Below, piece by piece: positions 1-7,557 of a DNA stretch of 18,217 nt (its first letter is position 1; every line of letters starts with the position of its first letter). This DNA comes from a virus. Location: the UHGV virus genome UHGV-0816550. The stretch is one strand, 5' to 3'. The notes below the pieces were generated by a model. The model saw only the letters and a program-made list of their open reading frames with translations. It did not search any database and was not told the DNA's origin. Both the position numbers and the translations under genes were made by a program.

Positions 1-438
1 TTAACCCATCCCACTGGAACAACCAGCCTGTTAACTTTGTCTCGTTTCGGGAGTCGTTTCATTTTCTATCCTAGTATTGAAGCAGATACTCCTGTTTATC
101 CTGATGATGGAAGCCCTTTGATTCCAGCAGAAAACTCAGTGATTCTTAGCTATTATGCGGACCCACCGGAATTCCATGAAGATACAGATACCAGTGCTAT
201 CCTTACTATTGCACCAGAGCTTCTTCTGTATTTCACTCTACGTCACGCTTGCTTATTTGTTCAAGATGATAATGGAGTTCAGAAATGGTCTGCATTAGGA
301 AAAGCTATCCTTGATGAAATAGTAGAGCAGCATAAGAAACAAGAGTACTCAGGTTCACCTATCGCAATTCCGAATAACATGACTCGACTTCAGAGCAGCT
401 TGCCTGATATTTATGGTATTCGTACTTCTCGTGTATAA
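1..438 (+). CDS. 5'-truncated hypothetical phage structural protein (baseplate or fibre-adjacent), C-terminal part only
   Basis: Frame 1 is open from base 1 with no stop, so the ORF enters from upstream of the window; TAA at 436-438. The stop lies 9 nt before the tail fibre start, with the fibre's AAGGAG site at 437-442 overlapping it. No family motif recognised. Confidence 0.55.
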   Translation, partial: LTHPTGTTSLLTLSRFGSRFIFYPSIEADTPVYPDDGSPLIPAENSVILSYYADPPEFHEDTDTSAILTIAPELLLYFTLRHACLFVQDDNGVQKWSALGKAILDEIVEQHKKQEYSGSPIAIPNNMTRLQSSLPDIYGIRTSRV

Positions 439-447
439 GGAGATAAT

Positions 448-3400
448 ATGATCGTTTATAATAGCCAAGCACCTGATGCAGTGAATGATGTTGGGCAGTT
501 TGGTGCTAAGGAAGGCTCTATCGGAGCTTACAAGCAAGCAGCAGAATATGCAGCTGACTCCAAATATTGGGCACTGCTAGCGGAGTCTAAGTTTGGTACA
601 ATTGATGACTTGATCACTGAAGTAGAACGTCTGTATCAACAAGGTGTTTTAATGAAGCAAGATATCGAAGATCTTAAACAGGACTTTAAAGATCAAGATG
701 CTCGTTTGATGACACTTATTGCTCAGACTAACGCAGCAGTGTCGGATGCTAATAATGCCGTTGCTTTAATCAATCAGAAACTTATTGAGGTTCAGAAACA
801 GCTTGATGTTCTGTTGGGAATGTCTGTTGACGTAACTACACTTCCTCCGGGAACTCCGGCTACTGGCTCTTTTAATCCGAACACTGGTGTAATCTCTTTA
901 GGTATTCCAGAAGGTGATCCCGGAAAGGATGGTTCTGTTAAAGATTTGGATACAGCACCTACTGGTGTTCCAGAGCTAGGTGATTTAGGTTTCTATGTTG
1001 ACAAAGATGACAATACTGTCCACAAGACTACTCTAGAGAATATTGCTAACTTAATTCCATCTGTTCGTTCTGTGTCTGTTAACGGTGGAACACCTGCTGA
1101 TGGAGAAGTTAATCTGGTCCTAGACAAAACTACTGTAGGTCTTAATAACGTAGTTAACGTAGCCTCTTATAGTATCTCTCAAGTTGACGGTAAAGTGGAT
1201 GGGTATGTTAAAACCTACAGAACCAAAGCTGCTGCGGATGCTGATGTAGTTAACCGAAAGGTTGGCGAAAACATCCTAGTTTGGGAGGATTATAAATACG
1301 TCTTCTACACTGTAGCTGCCGATAAAACACTAACTCTTTCTAAAACAGAAAATAGGATTGTTACGGTAAACTCTCGAGTTCCGGATTCTACTGGTAATAT
1401 TGATATTACGATACCTACCGGTAACCCGTCTTTGTATTTGGGTGAGATGTTAATGTTCCCTTATGACCCAGCCAAACAGGTGTCATATCCGGGTGTTCTT
1501 CCAGCTGATGGTCGTCTGGTGTCTAAAGATAACGCTGCTGATTTAGGCCCATCTCTTGTCAGTGGTCAACTTCCTGTTGTTTCTGAAACTGCGTGGCAAG
1601 CTGGAGCTAAACAGTATTTCTCTTGGGGCAAGTTAGCTGATGGGGTTACTGATGCGGATTCAACAAACTTTATCAATATTCGACTTCCCGATTGGACAGG
1701 TGGTGAGGCAATTAGATCTCCAAGTAAAACAAGTGACACTCAGTATGATGGAAGACCTCTTTCTCAGGTTCCTTATGTTGTTGCTGTTAACGGTAAGATC
1801 CCTAATGAAGCAACAGGTAATGTTACAGTCACAGCATCAGATGTAGGTGCCCTTCCTACTACTGGTGGTAAGATGACAGGCCATCTAAATCTCAGCTCTG
1901 GGATTGTGTTAACAGGTACCGCGAGTTCTGGAACATCCATTAATATCGCAACTGTTGCAACTGATGGTTCCGTTCTTCTCGGTAGTGATACAGTTAAAGC
2001 TAAAGTCCTATCTTCTGATGTCCCTGTTTATGCAAGCGCTTCGGGAGAGAAGAAGTTTTACACTGAGGCTAACAAACCAACTCCTGCTGAAATAGGGGCT
2101 GCTGCTATCACCTCTGCTGGGGTTAACGGGGATATCACTAAGCTTGAAGGTTTGGTTGGCCCTACTCGACTGGGTGGAGATGCTGTAGGTGATCTAGATG
2201 CTGTTACCTTACGTCAGTTAAGAAACCAAGGGGGTGGCGGTGGTGGGGCTAGCTTGAACGGTGTCTCTAATTTCAATATTGGTGATTTCCGTTTAGTAGA
2301 CAGTCGTGCTCTTATTCACTCTAATGACGTAACTTCTGACGGTCAATTATTATCTCGTACGGCATACCCAGATCTGTGGGCTTATGCTCAAGCGTTGTCT
2401 CCTATCACAGATGCTGCTTGGCTGGCTGACCCCCAACAAAGAGGTAAATACTCTTTAGGTGATGGTTCTACTACATTCCGTGTCCCTGACCGAAATGGTG
2501 TCCAAAGCGGCTCTATCACAGGGTTGTTTGGTAGGGGTGACTCTGGTAATTCTTCTAACAGTGGTTCAGTTTCTGATGCTTCTCTGCCAAACATCACAGC
2601 TAGCTTCTCTTCAGACTTAAACGGAAAAGCTTGGTTTCCTTTCACTACAGCTGACGGGTCTATGCTTGTCTCAACATCCGGTAGTGGAACTTTTATGCCA
2701 ACTGCTGGATATGAAACTGGGACCCAAGGAAATATACTTAGGTTCGATGCATCTAGACAATCCTCAGTTTATGGTCGATATAGTAACACCCAGAACGTAA
2801 TACCTAAAAGTTTTACTGGCGTTTGGGTAATCAGGGCTACTGGTGGATTCACTGCTGCTAATACAGAGTGGTCTGTTATTAACTCCGATGCAACCAAACC
2901 TTCTACTGGGTTTACAGTGTCTGGTGGTTTAGTCCGCTCTGAGTATAAAATAGGGACCGACCTAACTTACTCAGCAACCTTGTCTGCTTATGGGCAAATT
3001 GATGGAGCCTCCGGAACATCTGGAGCTAAAATCTTAAACGGGTCTCAGGAGTGGAAATTCAACAATGCTGGAACATTAGTTCTTCCTAATGCGGTATCTC
3101 AGCTTGGTACAGAAAGACCTGATGGAGCTATCAATGTTGATGCATACCTAAGACCTAAAGATTTGGTAGCCAACTCACTGAACTCTGTCGGTGTTGCGGC
3201 TTACGAGCGAAACGGTATGAGGATGATTAACTTCAATCAAACCACTCCTGGATATGTTTCTTACTTCTCTGGGGATTGGTATGATGGCAGTTACACTCTT
3301 GGTGGCGTTCGTGGTACTGGTACAGACCTGATTCATGCTCAGATTGCGGTAAACAACGGTCAAGGTGTAGCAGCTGATTTTAAGTTCATGCCGGACGGAA

Positions 3401-3762
3401 CTGCTCAAGCAGGGAACTGGTCAAGCACTTCAGACGAAAGACTTAAAACTAACATCAAGCGTATTGAGAATCCTATTGAAAAACTTAAGGCTATCAAAGG
3501 TGTTACTTGGGAACGTCTTGATAAACTTCCTAAACCTAATGGTATTGGCTTCCTTGCGCAAGATGTGGAGAAGGTTTTCCCTGACGCTGTTAAGGCTCTC
3601 CAGTATTCAGACACTGAATTGAAAGATGGAACTATTGTGAAAGATGTTAAGTCTGTAGACACCTATGGGGTAGCTGCTGCACTGCATCACGAAGTCCTAT
3701 TAGTTTTGTTAGATAGAATAGAAGCTCTTGAGAAAGAAGTAAATGAATTAAGGGCACGGTAA
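448..3762 (+). CDS. Tail fibre / tailspike protein 1 (1104 aa) with tail-collar module and C-terminal intramolecular chaperone domain
   Basis: ATG 448 preceded by AAGGAG (437-442). Predicted coiled-coil N-terminus; poly-Gly hinge (QGGGGGGAS); collar-like motif AYPDLWAYAQAL...GDGSTTFRVPDRNG at about 2362-2500; C-terminal S-DERLKTNIKRIENPIEKLKAIKGVTWERLD...LHHEV typical of peptidase S74 self-cleaving chaperone domains. Confidence 0.9.
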   Translation: MIVYNSQAPDAVNDVGQFGAKEGSIGAYKQAAEYAADSKYWALLAESKFGTIDDLITEVERLYQQGVLMKQDIEDLKQDFKDQDARLMTLIAQTNAAVSDANNAVALINQKLIEVQKQLDVLLGMSVDVTTLPPGTPATGSFNPNTGVISLGIPEGDPGKDGSVKDLDTAPTGVPELGDLGFYVDKDDNTVHKTTLENIANLIPSVRSVSVNGGTPADGEVNLVLDKTTVGLNNVVNVASYSISQVDGKVDGYVKTYRTKAAADADVVNRKVGENILVWEDYKYVFYTVAADKTLTLSKTENRIVTVNSRVPDSTGNIDITIPTGNPSLYLGEMLMFPYDPAKQVSYPGVLPADGRLVSKDNAADLGPSLVSGQLPVVSETAWQAGAKQYFSWGKLADGVTDADSTNFINIRLPDWTGGEAIRSPSKTSDTQYDGRPLSQVPYVVAVNGKIPNEATGNVTVTASDVGALPTTGGKMTGHLNLSSGIVLTGTASSGTSINIATVATDGSVLLGSDTVKAKVLSSDVPVYASASGEKKFYTEANKPTPAEIGAAAITSAGVNGDITKLEGLVGPTRLGGDAVGDLDAVTLRQLRNQGGGGGGASLNGVSNFNIGDFRLVDSRALIHSNDVTSDGQLLSRTAYPDLWAYAQALSPITDAAWLADPQQRGKYSLGDGSTTFRVPDRNGVQSGSITGLFGRGDSGNSSNSGSVSDASLPNITASFSSDLNGKAWFPFTTADGSMLVSTSGSGTFMPTAGYETGTQGNILRFDASRQSSVYGRYSNTQNVIPKSFTGVWVIRATGGFTAANTEWSVINSDATKPSTGFTVSGGLVRSEYKIGTDLTYSATLSAYGQIDGASGTSGAKILNGSQEWKFNNAGTLVLPNAVSQLGTERPDGAINVDAYLRPKDLVANSLNSVGVAAYERNGMRMINFNQTTPGYVSYFSGDWYDGSYTLGGVRGTGTDLIHAQIAVNNGQGVAADFKFMPDGTAQAGNWSSTSDERLKTNIKRIENPIEKLKAIKGVTWERLDKLPKPNGIGFLAQDVEKVFPDAVKALQYSDTELKDGTIVKDVKSVDTYGVAAALHHEVLLVLLDRIEALEKEVNELRAR
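3430..3759 (+). other. Intramolecular chaperone (peptidase S74-like) domain of fibre 1, with predicted autocleavage near the Ser-Asp at 3430-3435
   Basis: Motif SDERLKTNI...GVTWERL...GIGFLAQDVEKVFPDAV...LHHEVLLVLLDRIEALEKEVNELR matches the conserved endosialidase/tailspike C-terminal chaperone signature ending in a coiled coil. Confidence 0.7.
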
Positions 3763-3772
3763 TATAAATAAT

Positions 3773-3791
3773 GCTCCCTTCGGGGAGCTTT
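3773..3791 (+). terminator. Stem-loop GCTCCC-TTCG-GGGAGC followed by TTT; candidate terminator or RNA processing/stability hairpin
   Basis: Perfect 6-bp GC-rich inverted repeat with a UUCG tetraloop 11 nt after the fibre 1 stop; only a short U-tract; the AAGGAG site of the next gene follows at 3792. Confidence 0.5.
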
Positions 3792-3803
3792 AAGGAGATT
3801 TAA

Positions 3804-5900
3804 ATGTCTAGAGATTTAATGCCCAAATCTGGCATACTTCAACCATATGTTGTTGTTTCCAGAGATGCAGCTGTTGTTGGCGTTTCCACTGTAGATGGTG
3901 TTGCTGGAGCTGTAAATTTAACTGATAAATACTTGCAGAAAACAGAAGCGGCTGATGTATATCAAACTAAAACAGAAGGTGCATCTAAAGATTATGTATT
4001 AGATTCAATTAAACCTATCATGGAAGGTGCTTTGTTCAAAGCAGACCCTTTTGTAGATAATAACATCCCTTTCCGTTCTGCTGGGGCTAATGGTGTAGAG
4101 TCTGTGGATATGATGAAAGTCACCACTGATAACTCAATTAAGATTGGTAGTTATGCTTCCTCAGTTCAAGGTGTAGAAATTCACTCTGCTGGTCGTCTTC
4201 AGGTTGTTGACCAGAATGACTCTGGGGTAGAAACTAAGTACCCTGTTTATTCTAAACGATACCGCCCTGAGATTGAAGATTTACCTTTCGCTGCAATCGG
4301 AACTTATGTTAAAGATTCAAAAGGTCGTACTGTTGGTGTTACCCGTACAGGTATTAACTCTGATATCAAACAGCTTACACAGAAGGTTACTTTCACTCAG
4401 CCAGTAACTGTTGCCGATGCAGTTGGTGACTATGATGCTGTCACACTAAGACAACTCCGTAATAGTAGTGGTGGTTCTGGTGGTCCTACAATGAGCGGTA
4501 TTTCTAACTTTGGTATTGGTGATTTCAGACTAGTAGACAGCCGTGCTTTTATCCAATCAAATGATGTTACCTCAGATGGTCAGCTGTTAAATCGTGCTGA
4601 TTACCCAGAGCTTTGGGCTTACGCACAACTATTGACCCCAATTAGTGATGCAGATTGGCTGGCTGACCCCCAACAAAGAGGTAAATACTCTTTAGGTGAT
4701 GGTTCTACTACTTTCCGCGTTCCTGATAGAAATGGCGTTCAAACCGGTTCTATCTCTGGTCTGTATGCTCGCGGTGACGGTGGTAACAGCTCCAACGACG
4801 GTACTGTTCAGCAGAACGCCGCGCCTGATATTACAGGCTCCGTTGGTGCGAACATATGGAGCGTATATGGAGATCCTACGGGGGCGATGTTTGCGGCTGA
4901 TCCAGCACTTAATATTCCGTTAGGCGCAGGAACCACACCAGCGCTTTCCGTCGGCTTTCGAGCGGGCCTATCAAACGCCGCTTATGGTCGCGACAACACG
5001 ACCGAAGTCCGCACCAACAGCTTCATAGGTGTCTGGGTTATTCGTGCTAATGGTGGCTTTACTGCTGCTAATACTTCTTGGTCTGTTATTAATGGCGACA
5101 GCGTTGCTCCGGGTACTGGAACAAAGATAGTAGGTGGTGAGATTCGTTCTGACTATAATATTGGAGACTCTATGCACATAAGATCCTCTATGCGTGCTGA
5201 TGGTAACTACGGTCAACGTGGAGGTGGTGTATGGAGAATTGAGGACTATCAAGGTAAAAGTGCAGAGATATCTTTCAACCTTGGTGGTGAGTTAGTGGTC
5301 CCAACATACACCAGAGGCGTGGGGTCGGGTTTCATTGCATCTTCTAAATTAGGGTCTGATGGTCAGTGGCCTACAACATCCCCGGCGTTTATTTGTGAGC
5401 TAACAGGCAGAGTGGGTAATCCCGGAACACCGGGTGCTGTTTTCTCCATGTCTATGGCGGAGAACGTGGGTGTTGATAGCTTTGGCATACTTAGATTCTC
5501 AGGAGCAGGGGTGAATGTGGACTGGCTGTTTAACCAGTTTGGTAGTGCCATAGCTCCTGCTAACTGGGTGAGTAATTCGGATATCCGAATTAAAAAGGAT
5601 ATTGCTAAGATAGAAGAACCTCTTGAGAAGATGAAGAAACTACATGGGTACACTTGGCGACGCTTAGACGGGGGCCAGTTTGGTATTGGGTTCATTGCTC
5701 AAGAAGTTCAGGATATCTATCCAGAGTTGGTCTATACAGGCCCAGACAGAACCCTCCCTGATGGAACAGTTGTCAAAGGTGTCCTATCTCCAGATTCTAC
5801 TGGTATTGCGATTGGTCTTCACCACGAAGCTATTCTGGCTTTGATGGAACAAATCGACACCCTTAAAGCAGAGATTGCTGAACTCAAATCTAACAAATGA
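3804..5900 (+). CDS. Tail fibre / tailspike protein 2 (698 aa), paralogue of fibre 1 with collar module and C-terminal intramolecular chaperone domain
   Basis: ATG 3804 with AAGGAG at 3792-3797. Collar-like motif ADYPELWAYAQLL...GDGSTTFRVPDRNG at about 4596-4737, roughly 80% aa-identical to fibre 1 over this module; C-terminal SDIRIKKDIAKIEEPLEKMKKLHGYTWRRLD...LHHEAILALMEQIDTLKAEIAELK. Confidence 0.9.
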   Translation: MSRDLMPKSGILQPYVVVSRDAAVVGVSTVDGVAGAVNLTDKYLQKTEAADVYQTKTEGASKDYVLDSIKPIMEGALFKADPFVDNNIPFRSAGANGVESVDMMKVTTDNSIKIGSYASSVQGVEIHSAGRLQVVDQNDSGVETKYPVYSKRYRPEIEDLPFAAIGTYVKDSKGRTVGVTRTGINSDIKQLTQKVTFTQPVTVADAVGDYDAVTLRQLRNSSGGSGGPTMSGISNFGIGDFRLVDSRAFIQSNDVTSDGQLLNRADYPELWAYAQLLTPISDADWLADPQQRGKYSLGDGSTTFRVPDRNGVQTGSISGLYARGDGGNSSNDGTVQQNAAPDITGSVGANIWSVYGDPTGAMFAADPALNIPLGAGTTPALSVGFRAGLSNAAYGRDNTTEVRTNSFIGVWVIRANGGFTAANTSWSVINGDSVAPGTGTKIVGGEIRSDYNIGDSMHIRSSMRADGNYGQRGGGVWRIEDYQGKSAEISFNLGGELVVPTYTRGVGSGFIASSKLGSDGQWPTTSPAFICELTGRVGNPGTPGAVFSMSMAENVGVDSFGILRFSGAGVNVDWLFNQFGSAIAPANWVSNSDIRIKKDIAKIEEPLEKMKKLHGYTWRRLDGGQFGIGFIAQEVQDIYPELVYTGPDRTLPDGTVVKGVLSPDSTGIAIGLHHEAILALMEQIDTLKAEIAELKSNK
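5577..5897 (+). other. Intramolecular chaperone (peptidase S74-like) domain of fibre 2
   Basis: NSDIRIKKDI...HGYTWRRL...GIGFIAQEVQDIYPELV...GLHHEAIL plus terminal coiled coil; homologous to the fibre 1 C-terminus but divergent (I estimate about 40% identity by eye). Confidence 0.7.
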
Positions 5901-5903
5901 GAT

Positions 5904-5922
5904 AAGCCCCTTCGGGGGCTTT
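5904..5922 (+). terminator. Stem-loop AAGCCCC-TTCG-GGGGCTT; candidate terminator or processing hairpin after fibre 2
   Basis: Perfect 7-bp stem with UUCG tetraloop 4 nt after the TGA stop; same architecture as the hairpin at 3773-3791; weak U-tract. Confidence 0.45.
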
Positions 5923-5992
5923 AGTAGTAAGTACCCTTAGTAAGTAATGAAACTAATATATCCCAAGAGGTTAATATATAGGAGACACTCAA

Positions 5993-6211
5993 ATGAAAAT
6001 GATGAAACAGGCTGCATATGGTTTAATCTGTTTAGTTGCAGGCGTTGTGGTATCAACCGCAGTTCCTGTAAGCGCAGTTCATCCATTAGTAACTGTCCCT
6101 GCTCCAGTAGAGAAGCTTAGCTCTCAATGCAAGCAGAGAACAATTCAAAATAACTTAGTTGTTATTTGCCCCGATGCTGAATCTAACGCTCTGAGAAAGA
6201 TACTACCTTAA
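5993..6211 (+). CDS. Small membrane protein (72 aa), putative holin or lysis accessory protein
   Basis: ATG 5993 with AGGAG at 5980-5984. One N-terminal hydrophobic segment (AAYGLICLVAGVVVSTAV), a proline-rich stretch and a charged C-terminal tail; sits immediately upstream of a lysozyme that has no signal or anchor sequence. Confidence 0.5.
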   Translation: MKMMKQAAYGLICLVAGVVVSTAVPVSAVHPLVTVPAPVEKLSSQCKQRTIQNNLVVICPDAESNALRKILP

Positions 6212-6240
6212 TTTAAAGGGACTACAAAAGGAGGTTAGGA

Positions 6241-6732
6241 ATGGATAACGCCGCATTGCCACCTGTACAACTAAACTTAAGCCCAGCTGGAATGGAATTC
6301 ATCATGAAGCATGAGGGTATGAGAACCAAGGCTTATAAAGATTCCGCAGGTATATGGACTATATGTGTAGGGGCTACGCGCGATATGAATGGTTATCCGG
6401 TTAGACAAGGATTAACGTATTCTATAGAGGATTGTCTAGCTCTGCTAGATAGAGACACACAAGACTCTGTTCGTGCTACTCAAAAGAACATAAAGGTTCC
6501 TTTACTAGTTCATGAGTTTGATGCACTCACTTCTTTCAACTTCAATGTTGGCAGTGGTGCTTTGAGCACATCTAAGTTAAGGAAGGTTATCAATGGAGAA
6601 GTTAAAGGGGATGTATATTCCGAATTTCTTCGTTGGGATAAAATAACGGTCAAGGGAGAGAAGCAGAGAAGTCAGGGTCTTCATAATAGAAGGGTTGCAG
6701 AAGCTGATCTTTACACCGAAGGTAAATATTAA
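6241..6732 (+). CDS. Endolysin, T4-type lysozyme (glycoside hydrolase family 24)
   Basis: ATG 6241 with AAAGGAGG at 6226-6233. HEG-MRTKAYKD-SAGIWTICVG reproduces the T4 lysozyme catalytic spacing Glu-(9)-Asp-(6)-Thr (T4 E11/D20/T26; here E25/D34/T40). No N-terminal hydrophobic segment, so it would be holin-dependent. Confidence 0.9.
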   Translation: MDNAALPPVQLNLSPAGMEFIMKHEGMRTKAYKDSAGIWTICVGATRDMNGYPVRQGLTYSIEDCLALLDRDTQDSVRATQKNIKVPLLVHEFDALTSFNFNVGSGALSTSKLRKVINGEVKGDVYSEFLRWDKITVKGEKQRSQGLHNRRVAEADLYTEGKY

Positions 6733-6744
6733 TGGAGGTGCCTT

Positions 6745-7548
6745 TTGGCTATCGAAACTAATGCGGTAGTTATTACCGACTTAAACCCGCTCTATCCTAG
6801 AGACAGGGATTACATCTACGAAGGGGCGGCTCAAATCCGCCTCATTAAACAAACGTTACAGAACACATTCCCCAATGTTACAGAACCGGTTGATATAGAT
6901 TCTGATACCTTTAAGATTATGTCAGAGAAGCTTAAGTTTACTGGTGATGCAATGGATGTTGGTGGTCTTATGATCAAGAATGTTACTCCGGGAACTGGTG
7001 ACAAGGATGTTGTTACTAAAGGCCAGATGGAAGCGTTCATGAAGAACTGGATGGAGAATAAGCTCTATCGAATTGGTTCTTACTATATCACTGAAGAAGA
7101 CATTAACCCAGGTGATTCAATCTCCTTAGGGTTTGGTTCTTGGGCTAAAGTGACTGGTGTCATTATGGGTACTGGTGTAGTAAACCCTGATGGAACTGTT
7201 CCTAATGCTCAGAGAGTTGAGTTCCAAGCAGGTGGTACTGGTGGTCGTGTCTTCAATACTATTCGAACTGAGAACGTACCTTTGATGACAGTTAATGGCT
7301 CCAGCTTCTCTCTATCCAGTAATACTCACAGTCACAATATGGTGTTTGGTCGTGGGGATGCTAGTGGTCATAACAGCTCACCAAACTGGTATAGTCCGGG
7401 TGGTGGTTATAGTCAGAGAACTGATAATGACACACATACTCATACAATCTCTGGTAGTGTAAGTCTTGGTCGTGATGATATCTCTCGTCAACCTATTAAC
7501 ACTTTGCCACCATTCAGAGCAGCTCACATTTGGAGACGTATTAGCTAA
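6745..7548 (+). CDS. Short tail fibre-like / receptor-binding tail protein (267 aa) with two HxH motifs
   Basis: TTG start at 6745 with GGAGG at 6734-6738; no in-frame ATG nearby. C-terminal region NTHSHNMVFGRGDASGHNSS...DTHTHTISG has HxH motifs and an FGRGD-x-G-x-NSS motif also present in both fibres, recalling the T4 gp12 type collar and metal-binding tip region. Confidence 0.7.
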   Translation: MAIETNAVVITDLNPLYPRDRDYIYEGAAQIRLIKQTLQNTFPNVTEPVDIDSDTFKIMSEKLKFTGDAMDVGGLMIKNVTPGTGDKDVVTKGQMEAFMKNWMENKLYRIGSYYITEEDINPGDSISLGFGSWAKVTGVIMGTGVVNPDGTVPNAQRVEFQAGGTGGRVFNTIRTENVPLMTVNGSSFSLSSNTHSHNMVFGRGDASGHNSSPNWYSPGGGYSQRTDNDTHTHTISGSVSLGRDDISRQPINTLPPFRAAHIWRRIS

Positions 7549-7557
7549 GGAGGAATT

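Noticed and set aside
2530-2545. RGD tripeptides in the fibres and short-fibre-like protein as integrin-binding motifs
   Set aside because: There is no eukaryotic context; the motif sits in a conserved structural segment shared by the fibre paralogues and is most likely a fold element.
2418-4711. Diversity-generating retroelement (template/variable repeat pair) as the explanation for the identical 57-nt tract in the two fibre genes
   Set aside because: No reverse transcriptase gene in the window, and the differences flanking the tract are not adenine-specific; paralogue gene conversion fits better.
1640-5695. Alternative-frame and antisense ORFs inside the fibre genes (1640-1846, 2388-2645, 3175-3662, 4696-4923, 4971-5252, 5363-5695)
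   Set aside because: They lie wholly within long, well-supported genes, lack ribosome-binding sites and encode hydrophobic or low-complexity peptides typical of spurious ORFs; the 4696-4923 one falls in the GC-rich patch, where chance ORFs are expected.
6018-6032. Lipoprotein lipobox (GLIC) in the small membrane protein, which would make it an outer-membrane spanin
   Set aside because: Residues at -3 to -1 do not fit the lipobox consensus, and the sequence after the Cys is hydrophobic, consistent with a membrane anchor instead.
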